From Bigelowiella natans CCMP2755 (taxonomy: Eukaryota > Protista > Cercozoa), in assembly GCA_000320545.1 (NCBI GenBank), contig ADNK01000308.1, forward strand, positions 1 through 41,566: a stretch of 41,566 bases of DNA, read 5' to 3'. Position 1 is the stretch's first letter. Every line of letters starts with the position of its first letter. The translations under genes and the position numbers were made by a program. Below the pieces are notes generated by a model that was not told the origin of the DNA, ran no database searches, and saw only the letters and a program-made list of their open reading frames with translations. Below are positions 8,991-22,573 of this stretch, in pieces.

Positions 8991-10096
8991 ATGCTGCACA
9001 TGGAACTCCCGAAACCCCCTGTTTTTTGGGGCAAACACCGGGGCGAAAAAGTGCGGCTCTTTTCGACAAAATTGCCCAGCGTTCTCTTCGAGAAGACGAC
9101 TCGGAAAGCCGATGAGCCTTCGAACCGCAACCTTCGTCGACCATCATTGACGACGCGTTGGTCAACTGTAGGGAGACAGGGCGTCGTTCGTATGGCGGAG
9201 CGTGGGGTCCCCAGAGATACGATTCTTTACGAGGTCCATTCAAAATGGCTAATCGAAGACGATATTTTTTCCACCCTCACCAGCCAACAATTCCAGAGAC
9301 TCGGAATCCCGCCTTCAGCCAGTCAGAAAGATGTACGCCAAGCCTTCAGGTGCTAACTATGATGCGATGTGACGGAGGAAGAGGATGGGGAGGGGCTATG
9401 CTCACTCTCACAAACCTCCTCATAGTTTTTCCTCGACGCAAAAATTGAACAGGAAGGCAGCTTTGCGCTTCCATCCCGATCGCAGATACAGCCAGAACGA
9501 GAGGCCTGGTAGCGATAAGTCTACCAGCAACGAATTTGCAGAGGCGCGGCAGGTAATGGCTCTGGATCTTCATTGATCTATTCTTTATCGTCACCACCGC
9601 AAATCGGTTGGCTTGAACGCTGCTCAACCCACCACTGTGCAGGCGTTCGAGGTGCTGTCCGACCCGAGGCGAAGAGAGGAGTACAACCAATTAGGATGGG
9701 AGGCATACCGTCAGAACGACAAGGTAGCGAGGATGGGATAATGCATATGAACGTAAATACCACCAACCAGGAGAGCATTCGTCGTTCCCTAGCCCCTTTT
9801 CACGAAGACATTGGCGTGTGCAGCTTCTTACTGCAGTCCTCATGCATAGGTAGTGGTAGTGCAGCAGGCGCTGGCGGAGGCGATGGATACCGTCCTGGCC
9901 GAGTTCGGGATAATGCATGTAATAATGTTGCGGGGCCCTGCGTTTTGTTATTGTGCTCGTCCAGCATGCATTTGAGCGTGGTTAGCAACGGTGTTTCCTC
10001 TCCGCATCATCCGTACCACCCTCTGACCCTCGCGTTCTTTCTTTTTTCCATCTTTGAGTAAATACGAGTGTATGCGTGTGAGTGTGAATGTGAGTA

Positions 10097-10127
<31 letters not shown>

Positions 10128-10760
10128 GAGGGAGAGAGAGAGGGGAAGAATATGCATCAGAAGCATATATTATAGTAGGTTTTCTTTTATTTCATTCTGG
10201 TCTTTGCCCTACTCACACATTTATCTTTGAAAGGTCCATCCCGAGATTCGCGTTCCGCGCGTGCTCCCCAAGACGGCTGCGGCCATAAAGCTGATCAGAT
10301 CAGAAGCCACAAACCACTGCAAACATGGCCACAATAGAAAGAGGCAGCAGCGACCGATTCGGCAAAGTCTATCTTCTCGCACTCGCCCCCACACAGCGAT
10401 GGCGGGCGACTCATCTACTCGAGCCTACGAGAGCAATTCTATCGGAAAAGGAAGGAGTGGAAACGAAGAAGCAGATCAGGAAGTGAAACAGCAGCAGCAG
10501 CAGCAGCAGAACGATGATGGTGACGACGATGATGATGATGAAAAGGATAGAGGAGGCGAAGAGAAAACTGGATGGGCAAGGGCCTTCAATTTATTCTCCC
10601 CATCAGCCCTTCCGGTGTACAACTCACTATTGAAAAAGAAGAAGAAGACAACGACGACGAACGCAGAAAAGGAAACGGGGGAAGATGGTGAAGGGAAAAG
10701 AAGGGAAAAGGGGCATTCAGCTTACATCGCCGTCAGCGTACCATTTAAAAGCGCCTTCGA
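8991..10760 (+). CDS. DnaJ (J-domain) protein, multi-exon; may continue into the downstream ankyrin gene
   Basis: Spliced RLGIPPSASQKDVRQAFR|KAALRFHPDRR...EFAEARQ|AFEVLSDPRRREEYNQLG with introns 9350-9452 and 9553-9642. HPD motif present. The start codon is uncertain. Confidence 0.85.
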
Positions 10761-11160
10761 GTAAGTTTGATGAGGGTTGTCTGCGCGTGTAATACTTGTG
10801 CGACATGGCAGGACGCTGATTGTGAGGCACACGTGCTCAAAACCAACGCCGAGAGAATAGCGACCGCTCACACGCTGCTGCTTTTGTTTCATTTTCTTCA
10901 GCTTCGCTAATATAGTCGCCTTATCGATTCCAAGCTGGGCATTCGTACGGCCTCTCACATCATAAATCACACACGCCACAACATCAGCAGCAGCGCATAC
11001 CAACATCAACATTATAATAAGATGACAAAATATATAACCTGGACAATGATACAATCGATCTCAAAATCTCACACGAAGGCCCATTGTAACCCCCCCCCCC
11101 CCCCCCAAATTATCTCCCACGCCGCCACCACACCCACACACGTCTCTGCACTTTCCATAG

Positions 11161-12065
11161 CATACACGAAGATATACAGCCGCATTCACGACACTGGACG
11201 AAGGCTCTACAACAACTAATAATGGTGCGTCTATTACAGGGAACAGTAATTGCGTGTGCGGCTGCTGCCCCTCCAGGATTCATCAATATCACCCTCAACC
11301 CCTCGCTGCTCGCCAGACGCGCACACTCGAGCAAGGTGCTGCTGCTAGCGATATCATATTTATGGTTTTTGTTTGTTTGTTTTTTCGTTTCAAGTCGTGA
11401 GATCAGCTTGCGTCGGTGTTAGGTGGAATGCCCTATATGCGGAAGCTTGTTTGGGCAAGGGCGCGGACTCCGAATGCACCTTCAATCGAAGCGCCACAAT
11501 CTCACAAAGCGAGATCTCGCCAAGTACGCATACCCATTGCAGGGAGTTTGTGCGTTATCGCTTCGCTTCCCTTCCCCTCTCCAGCTCTCATCAGCCTGAT
11601 ATGACGCTCATTTCTACTCTTTGCGGCAGCGTGATGAGGACAGCCCAAGCTGCATCTGTGCTTCTACCACCCCTTCAAGGCCCCACAGCGGCATCAGCAA
11701 CGTCATCGTCGTCATCGTCGTCACCGCCCTCTTTGGAATTAGATAAAGGGCTTGAGGCCGCAAGGGATGGGCGGGTTGACGTTCTCAAGGTGATGGCTTC
11801 CTTTTGCACTCATTACTTGCGACTGTCACGACTTCACGGCCTTGTTGTCCTAGTTTCACCTCGAGAGCTACTTCTCATCCTCCTCCTCACGCTCCCCTTC
11901 TCTCATCATCAGGAGATGGTAACATCTGGCTGGAATGCGAGTCGTGTGAGGGATCGGCACGGGGCCAGCGCCTTGGATTGGGCGGCGGTACTTCAGTGCT
12001 GAGTTCCATGCATATGTGTGCGTGTTTCTGCGTTGCGTTGGGTAGATATATAGGTAGATAGATAG

Positions 12066-12123
<58 letters not shown>

Positions 12124-12615
12124 TATTTTATTAAGCACTTACGACTGCCACATGTACCCCCCCCCTCCGTCGTACTGCTCATGGCCTCTTTCCTTGCTTG
12201 TTCGAGAGCAGGGCTCGGGCTGCCTTGCTGTCTGCAAGTACCTAGTGGAGACGCTCCGCATGGTACCCGACGAGAAATGTGCCACCGGTAGCGATCAACT
12301 GGGATTAAAATTAAGCTTGACTAATGATATAGCAAATTGCTTTAAGAAACCCGCACTATGTGAGAGCACCGATGATCTTGGCCTCATCGTAGTGTTCGCA
12401 TCATCATCATCATCATCATTATCATCATCATCATCATCATCATTGTTTTGGTGGTAAAGAGGCAAGAGAGACATTATTGGTTCGCTGTGTACGTGCGGAT
12501 GTGTTGTTCAGGGCGGGCAGATGGCAGAAGCGCATTGCACTGGGCTGCGAGGAATGGGAGGCTTGAGGTGTGCAGATGGTTGGTCGAGACACAAGCTGTA
12601 GGTATGGTATTACAT

Positions 12616-12692
<77 letters not shown>

Positions 12693-12977
12693 CTTAGATG
12701 TAGATCTAAAGACAAACGATGGGACAACACCATTGCATTGGGCTGTGTGGCAGGTGCTAATTTCAGTAGAATTTTTAGAAGCGATTCCTTTCGCTATCAC
12801 AATGACGATAGATTTTATTGGGGAAGTTATACCCAAAATCTGTGATATTCTTCGATTTTGCGGACATTTTTCTTTGAGTTCTGATAGATGAAGACCTCAG
12901 TTGTTTAGGTTAACGATTTGCTATTTATTCCGTTGTTTAGTTTAGTATCACTTCACTATTTCTTAACAAATGTATGA

Positions 12978-13023
<46 letters not shown>

Positions 13024-13990
13024 TGGCATCAATTGGCATTCAGGCCCATCTTACTACCGCAACGTGGCTCCTAGAGGCAAAAGCGGACGCATTTGCTATG
13101 AACTCTTACGGGTGTACGGCCATTCACTGGGCCTCACTTAGCGGGGATCTCACCGTCTGCAAGTAGATATGAGCTAACCCAAATATTCTTTCATAACGAA
13201 TCTGTGATTTTTTTGGGGTTCTTTGCATAAGTCGATCGCCGCCATTCCACCTTCTCATTTATCACCGCACACATCATAATTTATTGGCTTGTTGCCGCTG
13301 TTGTTGCTCTGTCTGGAAGGTGGTTGGACAAACTTGGCCTCGATTTCTTCCACGCAAACTCACAAGGCCACACGGCACTCCACAAGGTGCCGTGATCGTT
13401 GTGTCCTGGATGCGATGATATGCGATGTGTATTTCCAAGGCAGCGATGTTGCCACGGACGCTCAGAGTGAAAGCAAACATGCAGCACACATGTGCGTATA
13501 GTAGATTGAAGTTTGTATGGTGCATGTAGGCAGCATGGAAGAATCAAAAGGAGGTATTGAAATGGCTTCTACAGGATAAGACATGTGCAAAGAAACAATG
13601 TGCAATGCCGGACAAAAATGGGTAGAATATGCTTTTCCTGGCAAATAGCTTGAATTGTAGATGAATGAGGGACGGCGTTTAAATGATGACGTGAAAAAGA
13701 GAACAGAGAAGGCGAGTATAGTAAATATGTAAAGTTCAAGGAGGGTACGGTTCAAACTTGCTAGTACGGATCAAATTCACGTGCACACGATGGATGACGG
13801 CGAGAAAAGCGAATTTGAAGCAACCTGCTGTTGTTTGCTGGTACCTAACATACATATTAGGTACAATCCAGCGGATATTGCAAAACTAGCAGGGCACGAT
13901 GAGCTCGCAAAATGGCTGTCCTTGTCTGCAAATGATCAACGCAATCATTGCAATGACAGAAAATTATCAAGTTCGAGTAGCCAGAACTAG
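11161..13990 (+). CDS. Protein with ArgRS-N-like segment, C2H2 zinc finger and ankyrin repeats (multi-exon)
   Basis: Exon at 11423 encodes VECPICGSLFGQGRGLRMHLQSKRH (C2H2). Ankyrin motifs GASALDWAA, GRSALHWAARNG, GTTPLHWAVWQ, GCTAIHWASLSG, GHTALHKAA and YNPADIAKLAGH join through GT-AG introns. Stop at 13990. Confidence 0.88.
12053..12120. repeat. Intronic (TAGA)n(TA)n(GA)n compound microsatellite
   Basis: Read directly from the sequence. Confidence 0.95.
12621..12689. repeat. Intronic (AT)n(TG)n microsatellite
   Basis: Read directly from the sequence. Confidence 0.95.
12979..13016. repeat. Intronic (TA)n microsatellite
   Basis: Read directly from the sequence. Confidence 0.95.
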
Positions 13991-14199
13991 AAAGATTGAA
14001 CTTACACAAATGGAATACATTGTGCATAGATCCTACATTCTGGCATTGTGAACTCTAGAACTATTCCTATGTTCGAATGTCGCGACACCTACACTACGAC
14101 ACATTGTCAAAATCACACAAATGTGCACATCATGGTTGTCAAAGACAAAAATATATGCTGTGTCTATCACAGAGACCAATTACATCTGCTAGTCTGCTA

Positions 14200-16560
14200 C
14201 ATGCATTTAAACATCTAGACATTGGCATCCAGGCATGTTCACTGCCATCCATGGATCTAGAGATGTGCAACATCGCATGCTAGCATGTCTTGTGGATCAA
14301 TGTCTAGACATGTCAAGCAAGCCAACTGCTAATGAACAAGTCTACACAAGTGCGTGCGCTCTGTTGTGCAGATGTCGATGTGTCAGCACGTTCCGCACAC
14401 GTCTAGACCTAGTCAGTAGTAGCTAGCTAGCTACCATGCACGTCTAGACGTCTGGACTTTGGGGCTGAATTGTGCAAATGTCTAGATGTGTTCATCCCAG
14501 CTCGGTGCATGTCTGAGATGCGTTTGGAATTCACAGAAGATGGCTCGTCCACATGACTCATGAAAAATCACACAAACAACGAAGCGATGAATGTTTGACA
14601 ACAACTGTTCAAAATTGCACCACGAAGCTTGTGCTGATCTCAATTTGAGCTTCATCAAGTCGACAGACTGCGTCAAATGAAACGGTTTTTGATTCAACTG
14701 CGAATTTGTCAAACCATGGAACAAGGTGTGGCTTTGCAGGTCACACAAACACTTCCATTTCCGCGATCTAGCTTCGATCTTTCCACCAACTTTTTTTTTA
14801 GACTAGATTCCAATTTCAGCAAGCGAATCAGTGCTGATTCTGCGGCCACGCTCAAGTTTCCGGTGATCGGAGCAACTGACGGGAACACACATCACCACGT
14901 TGCAACAAGAACCATGTTGTGTTGATTGCTGATGACGTGCACATGATTGGACTCACACGTTGCTTGCATCAGCTTGTGACTAAACGCGTGTCTTCCCATT
15001 CAATGCCCACTGACAGCCATCTCATCATCACAATGTGAGCAAATTTGACACCAAACAATTTTCTTTCGCTCACAAAAATGGACAAATGAAACACCATCCA
15101 CCACAGAAAGCTGATCTTGAAAATGATCTTTGCACCTTCCGTCTCACATCTGCCACAAAAATGCTCTTCAAGCTTGGAGATGATGGCCTCAAGTCGCACG
15201 GTGATCACCTCGGAAGTCATTTTCTTTGCCTTCGAGTCTTGTTCCGGTTGCGGACCTGTTTTTTCGAAGGTGGATCAATTTTGTTTGTCGCACACAATCA
15301 ATCACGTGCAAAATTTTGAAATTCTTTGCGCGAGACAGAAGAGCTGATGGAAATGGGAGAGGTCCTTTGGAGCTTTGCCTGCGACAAGAGGCAAAATGTG
15401 TCGCACCTGTGCTGCTGAGCAGCAGCACAACTGTGAATGCTCAGTTCAATTGATGTTCAATGTTCAATGTTCAATGTTCAAAACATTGGAATTGCTTCGT
15501 TTATTGTCAACTCTGGAACTCATCGGTCACCCAGCAGGTTGGGGGAACGAGCTAGCGAGTCAGCGTGTCTCATGATTGCTCCAACAAATTCATTCAACAA
15601 CCCACCTTGAAAGTGCTTCACTCACTCACTCGTCAGGCGTTCAAAGGAGCTCCGTTCGTTCGTTCGTTCGTTCGTCACTCACCACACGTTCACAGACAAG
15701 ACGTGGCCACAACTTTGCCGCCCCACACAGTGCAGCAGTGGAATCAGTGCGTTTGTTCGTTTGTTGGTTCAACCGCTCCACTGCTGACCTCACTTGTTCC
15801 TTCGTTGTTAGTGCAGAGGAGAGCACTCTGGCACTTTGAGAAAACGCAGCTTTTTTCACGACGAGCTCACAACGCCAGAACAAACGCGAGAACCTGCTGA
15901 CCAGCACATGGCCTGCCACTGCAGTGCAACCACCTCACGCGTGGAGCACTCTAGTGCTGGCTTGTGAACAGGCTAGCTGGAGCGCGTTGCTGCTGATTGA
16001 GTTGCAAAACACATCGTTTGTGCACACACGCGCACTTCACGAGTTTCCCTCAACGCAAGCTGGCTAGCTGACAAGCTAGCAAGGCTAGAAGGCCCAGCTA
16101 GCCAGAGGCTGGAAGGAACAACCAAACAATGAGTGAGCAGACTTTGGAAATCGATTGAGCGATTGAGATTTCCCTGCTAGCCTGCCTAGCTGCGCCACCC
16201 CATCGCTAGATCGCTTTGTGCTCTCTTCACCAGCTAGCTAGCTAGACAGAAAAAGGCATTTGAGGACTTTGACATGTGTCGCCCACCAAGCTAGCTAGAC
16301 AAGTAGAGTCTCCAGATTCAAATGAAAGAAGCGAAAATGCAAGTTCCCACACAGACCATGCTGGAGGCTACGTTAGCTAGACTGGTGCTAGCTAGCTAGA
16401 GCAGACGGGAAAATGATGAAATGGATTCAAAGCGCCGAATTCGATCAATTAGCTAAAACAAAACATGAGATGCACATGATTGATTTTGCCTATAGACTCA
16501 GCACATCCTTCGCCATTTGAAACTGAGCTTTTTCAAATGATCAACATGACATGTCACTGC
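14200..16560. other. TA-depleted intergenic tract with (CTAG)n arrays
   Basis: About 520 bp (14983-15501) contain no TA. Surviving TAs are mostly CTAG/TTAG. CpG is retained. Confidence 0.85.
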
Positions 16561-16617
16561 AATCGTGATTGCCGAAGAAATGCAAACTTTCGTGTTACGT
16601 CTCAAACCATCATGTGA

Positions 16618-17756
16618 CTACCTAAGATCCCTTGCAAGTTTCTTTATCTTTTCATTGGCGTATTTCACTATGGAATAGTCACATCTATTCAGTTTGCGAA
16701 ACTTTGAAGCCTGAGATTTCGTTAGTATAGGGGGCTTTCCATCTCGTGTGACCCTCGTTTGGCGATGAACCCCATTGAAGGATTCAGCATTTAGTTGAAG
16801 CTTTTTGTTCACAATGAGGAAGCTTTCCTTGGACAGGTCTTTAAAGTTTAAGACAATGTCAAATTTATCAACAACTTTCTTTGCATGTTCAATAACGGAA
16901 GGAGTGCATGCTTCCGTATCAAACTTTGTAAGATTTCGTCTGAAGCCGGGCACTAAATGCTGTGTGATGAAATTATTTTTAATGATTGAGAGCTCAAAAG
17001 TTCCAAACTCCTTATACCCTGAAAGCCAATGATCAACATTTTGATCATACTTTCCGATCTCCCATTGATGATAGTGAGACCACAACCGCGTGTAAGGATC
17101 TCGTACAAGTAAGACAGTAGTATATGCATCCCAGAATGGAGATTTTAAATTCTCATATGGGGTTAATAAGGCTTTCCAAGATGTTCGAGATTTGAAGCTA
17201 TACCCAGGCTCATGGAACACGACGCCACATAGAGATTCAATATTTGCAGCAACCTCATTTACCAAGCTCTTTGTAATGTTTGGAGCAAAATAGTCAATGC
17301 CAGATGTAATCTTTTGAATCTGATCTCGTTCTAGATCTGGTCTACAGTTCTTCCAATTTCTGTCACACCCCTTTGGAACTGTGAGTGCCGAGCAGAGGGC
17401 GGTTCCTAATTCCATAAAAGAATCACTCATATGTCATGTACAACCAAGACACCAAGACATTACTCGATGTTACAACAACCTCCACATTTCATTATGTGCT
17501 CAACAAAGATGAGTTTCTTTTCCGCCGATACTGTATCCTCTGCAAGGCTGGAAGGCGTTTGTGCCAAAAGATTGTTGAACAATTCCACTTCTTCATCCAT
17601 AGCCTGCGGGGCTGACTTTTTGAAACTTTCTAGGTGGAGCGCTCTTTGAACATCCCAGTCGGCACCCTCAAGTTCCCTGGAACGGGTCTTGGCTGTGAAC
17701 CTTGCACAGCAAAGGTTGCTCAGCAAAGCCCAGAGCAAGACAAGTCTGGTCGCCAT
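16618..17756 (-). CDS. Secretory-pathway sulfotransferase-family protein (2 exons)
   Basis: Signal-like MATRLVLLWALLSNLCCA. A 74-nt GT-AG intron (17479-17406) restores the 5'-PAPS motif FVEHIMKCGGTALC. 3'-PAPS motif LLVRDPYTRLWSHY and C-terminal LNRCDYSIVKYA. Confidence 0.88.
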
Positions 17757-19171
17757 TGTTGGGGAAACTGCAGATCTGGAGATGGCAAAATACTCGCAAA
17801 AGGGCTCCTTTTCAATTAAAACCGAAACATCCGGGATTCGCCGTCGCTCGGAGAACAAGAGCAATACCAATGACAACTTAGTGCCGAGCGAGGACATGGC
17901 TGTGTGAGGAGGGGGAGACTGCCTTTCGAAAGACCCGGTTACCAACTTCACACACTTCGCGCTCGCCCATTTTTCGAGGCAGAGCATGTGAACTAAGCCT
18001 TGGATTTTGCCACAACAAAATCCCGAAAAAAAAGTCACAAGCCTCTTTCCATTATTGATGATTCATGCTCGCTCGGTGATTTAGAGAGGTCGATCCATTT
18101 CGCACCATTGGAAGGATTTGCACCAGGTCGGAGCCACTCCTAAAGTTTGTGCCTCGAATCGCCTTCGCGTGCCTCAGTCATCACCGTTTTCCAAGTTCTC
18201 GAGGAATCTCTTGTGTCGGATGCTGAGTTGTTGAGGCGATTAGGAGGGTTTTACCGGGGATCCCCCGTGTGAATGTTGCTTCTTCGTAAGGGTACCAGGC
18301 TCGGTATCCGCGGACAGGCAAAATTTCTCCCGCAATTGAGTGGTCGTTTTTCGCCAAGATCTCCTGATGTTTAGTGTCTGCGACAACACATTAATAGAGC
18401 TGAGTACAACGAATGCGCAAGCACTCTTTCTGTCACAATAACGACCCAGTAGACCTGGACAAGCTCCCCTTCAAGGTCATTGATGTCAGCGGTAGGCATG
18501 CACTCTTTTCCAACACTTGCTTTTGAGAACGTGCTAAATGACGATTGCGATTGGCGGATCAAGGGATCGAGGAAGCATGAACTTAATTGAATTGACTTTC
18601 GGTTCGAATCGATCCTACCTTCAATTCTTCGATCCTGTATGCCAGATTTGAGCAACAGCCAGCAAGCGAGAATGGCAGCGCCCAATCCATCCATTGATGA
18701 CAAACAAATTGTTTGTGCAAACTTTGTGTGTGCAACAACGAGGTGGTATCCGCATTTAATTGTTGACTAAATCGATGCTGAGTGACATTTTGGAAACCTA
18801 TGACAAGATCAATTCGTTTCCGACCGCTGGAAAAGGGTAATCATCGAGTTTGGTTATGTAACACATGTTACCTTTGCTATCGGCTTGGGAACTTTTGTCC
18901 GCACTGCAGCCAAATCTATCGTCAAGGAGACGGTAACAAAATTTTGAGTATGTAAGGATTGGATTGAATTATTATCTTGTGGTAGGTCAAAATTTTGATG
19001 GTCAACTGTGGGCTGAATGTGTGTACTGTGTGAGATGGTCGCACGTCGCATGTGAGGCGAAGACAGGGTCGCAAAAAACATTTTCCTCGAATTTATATTT
19101 CAAATGAATTTATAGTGTAATTTGTTCTGCAGCTCTGCCTGTAATTATTTAGTATTTATGATCCTATACAG

Positions 19172-22100
19172 GAATTCGTCACCGTTACGAAAAACACGAG
19201 CTTATCAAAATGAGAGGGTCTGAACTGAACAATTTCCAGCCAAATACCATCCCCACACAGTACTCGCACATTAGGTCGTTCCATTTGCATGCCAGAAATG
19301 TCTTGCGCTGTCAAGAATTGAAGAGACTAAGACTAATCGACAGCAAGGTACATTTCCAATTCATAAGAAAATAGTATTTTGGACATTTCAGCGAAATAAA
19401 TTTTTGGGAAGGCCACAATCAGCTTCAACGAGCTCGACCTGCTTCAGAAGATACCCTAAGCCCAAACCGCACGAAGCGTCAGAAAGTTAATAATCTCCCT
19501 CCATCCCTGCTTACACATTCTGGCGCACCGGCAGCATCATCATCCAGTGGCAATCCAAAGTCTAAGTTGGACAAACCAACTATTTCACCAGATCAACAGA
19601 GGGTCTTATGTTCATAAGAATTAATTACATATCAGCAGAAGTCATGTTGTTATTTGGCAGTTGTGGAACGATGGAACGAACCATCCTAGATTGAGTAACG
19701 CGGCACAAATTCGTGGGGTCAGGGTACACATACACAATCTAGAATATTATCTTGGCATCTACGTTTAACATATCATCATTAGGTTTACGTACCAGTTCCA
19801 ATGTCCCAAAACCAAGTTTCTACGCATCCTTCAAAAGACATAGAGGGTATTAGTTATTAGCTATGCACAGAATTGATATTCAGCTATTGATAACTTGATA
19901 ATTACGATAAATATTTAGGATCCCAGCATGAAAAATCTATTATTAGCAAAGAGGTAGTATCCCCTTAATCTGCCACAATCTCTCTCAAATACTAACAACT
20001 AACACTAAAGCCCAAGAAACCCTGGACGTATGGAAGAATACCCAACCAATTGGATATAGGTGCCCTGAGCGTTGCCCAATCCTGAACAAGATGAATTGAC
20101 AAATTGGTATCACCCCTTCCAGATAGAACCAGTAACGTGTCCGCCGAGATGGCAAGAGATGACCCGAGGTTAATAGGGAAATTGCCAATTAAAGATGAAG
20201 TCATGTCGAAGGTTGTTCCTCAACAAACATTACGAGCATGTGCATCAGGATAGAGGTTGAAGTGTTTTGATTTACTCAGGCGATACTTACACAAGCCAAA
20301 TCTGGTGCAATATTAATAAAATGAATATGAAATATGACTCAGTCAAACTATACGGAATAGGTGAAGATATTGACGATCTCAGCAAGCGATATGATACCTC
20401 GAAGTGATATCATTACTTGTACAATATTTAATTTTTCAACGTTTTTCCTGAGTTTTGGTTTCATTGTGTGTAAAGACGGTGTAAAGTGGTCATTGTGTCC
20501 ACATCCCGCCTAATTAAGGGGAAATTAAGTCTGAACTCGCCGATGCGAAGATGGATACAATGTGGGGAATGCCTGAAGGTCCATCGAAAAAGCTATTTAT
20601 CTACTCTGCGTCAAGAATCCCATCAGCATTGTTTTTTACAGTGGAGACGCGAGACAAATCTCCTTCCTGTTGAATCACTTCAATACTGGTCGATTAGACT
20701 TCCGCAGAAAATGATCAGATTTATTTAAATACCAATTTAATATTAGGACCTGCGCAGATAGTAGAGATGGGAGGTTCGATAATGCAAGGTCTGAAACATT
20801 TCCATCAATTGTTCACTACAATTTTGTGCAGAACACTTTCTTATACTGAGTCAATATTCTAGTAATCCATGCGAGGTTGAGGAGGAGCAATTCCTCCGAG
20901 ATGAGACAGTTATTCCCGATATACATGTCTCAAAATTTGAACAAGTTGATAAGGTCCTATCAAAATTTTCGTGTACCAATACGGTGCATAACATTGTTAT
21001 TTGCACTTAACAGGAGATGTTTTACAAGCACTTGTTTGACTTCAGAGTCTCTATGGCGGTAACATGCGTATACAGTGATAGAGAAATGGAAAAATTCTAA
21101 TAGGCATAAAAATATTGTAGCTTCCTAATCGTGGATGTCCTTATCTGGGAGATATGGAAACAGATTTATATCGACTGTATCGCGAAGTTACTTACATCGG
21201 GGGCTACGAGGTGATATAAAAATAGACGATTTTATGTGCCCATGATTAAAATTTTACGTTCTTTTTTGCAAAGTCCGTGGATGCAGCGTGGAAGTGGCCA
21301 GACATCTTCAAGGCGTTACCAAACTACAACCCAACAGTGATGATTAGTTTTGTTCGATTGCCTGGGGATTCCCAGAATACAATTTCGTCTATATCATGTT
21401 ATTTCAGATAAAAGATGGAGGAGAACAGCTTCGGCGAATGTACCGACAATACTTGCAGGAATATGAAATCCATTTCTTCACCCGCAGAAGTATGAACAGA
21501 GTATTAGAGTATTATGTGATATCACACTCTCCTTTACATTTTAAACTTTTATTGAAAAGACTTTTCAAAATTAGAAACGATATAAATTTCTCAGGAACCC
21601 GTATCAAGAGAATTCTTCGGTCTAATATTTTAAAGCAAGAAGGTCGAGTTGATGCCTTGTGTAGTATCTTTTGTTTATGTTAAAACATTAAACATTGTAG
21701 ATGTAGTTCCTATCGGTTTCAAAGAGCAGACACACACAAATGAAGCGGGTAAGCCATGAACATAGAAGATTGACCGAAAGATGAAGTTAATTATTAAATT
21801 AGAAGTAGACATGATTCAAAAACCAGCACCAGCACGAATAAGACACCAAACAGGTCGTTGTTCATCTAAAGGCAGCACAAGTGGTGTAATAATATTTTTT
21901 TCCACTTTAAGGAATATTGAGGTCAAACCCTACCGGAAACTTTGATCGCGGCATTGCAAAATCCCCGCTAGTCGAACCGGTGCACCAAATAATACCATAA
22001 GTTGAGGTTAATATAGTTTAATTTTGACTTTTAATTCCATCGATGATTGCTTAGCAGGCAAAGATACATAACAACGAGTCTAGTGCACTTCCTAAATCCA

Positions 22101-22573
22101 ACCAAACTGCTAGCAAAGAATCCACAACGGGTTTAGGCGGTACTAACTTGGCTTCAGAAAATAGAAACGAGAAAGCTCCAATCTCGGGTAAGAAAAATGC
22201 GATTTTTACGACTGCGCAGAAAGATCATAATGGTGAGCAGGAGAGTAAGATTAAAAAAGAGAAGAATGGAATGCTCAACAATATTCAACAAGAACAGCAA
22301 CTAGAACAACCTGAGCAAAAACAACAGCAAGAAACGGAGGAAACACCAGAAATGAAGGAAGAGCCCGTCATGTCAATTAAACCTGAAGATCCCGTATCTG
22401 TGGTAAAAGAATCTAAACTTGATAAGAACGAAGAGGAGAAGGTTGATGACAGCACTTCGGGAAAAGTTGAAGAAGCAAGGGAACATAACGCTAATGTAGA
22501 GTCAGATACAATTATTGATCAACATGCTGGATTAAACGAACTGGCCTCTCGGGCGGCTGAAGTGTCTAATTGA
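19172..22573 (+). CDS. ARID/BRIGHT DNA-binding domain protein, many short exons (5' end unresolved)
   Basis: Spliced exons at about 21014-21490 give EMFYKHLFDFRVSMA|LPNRGCPYLGDMETDLYRLYREVTYIGGYE|SVDAAWKWPDIFKALPNYNPT|IKDGGEQLRRMYRQYLQEYE, matching the ARID consensus. Gln/Glu-rich last exon stops at 22573. Confidence 0.85.

Noticed and set aside
16618-17430. Stand-alone 270-aa ORF starting at 17430
   Set aside because: Its ATG lies in the intron; splicing from the upstream exon restores the PAPS-binding motif.
20450-20480. PHD finger suggested by IVCKDG
   Set aside because: The remaining Cys/His ligands are not present in neighbouring exons.
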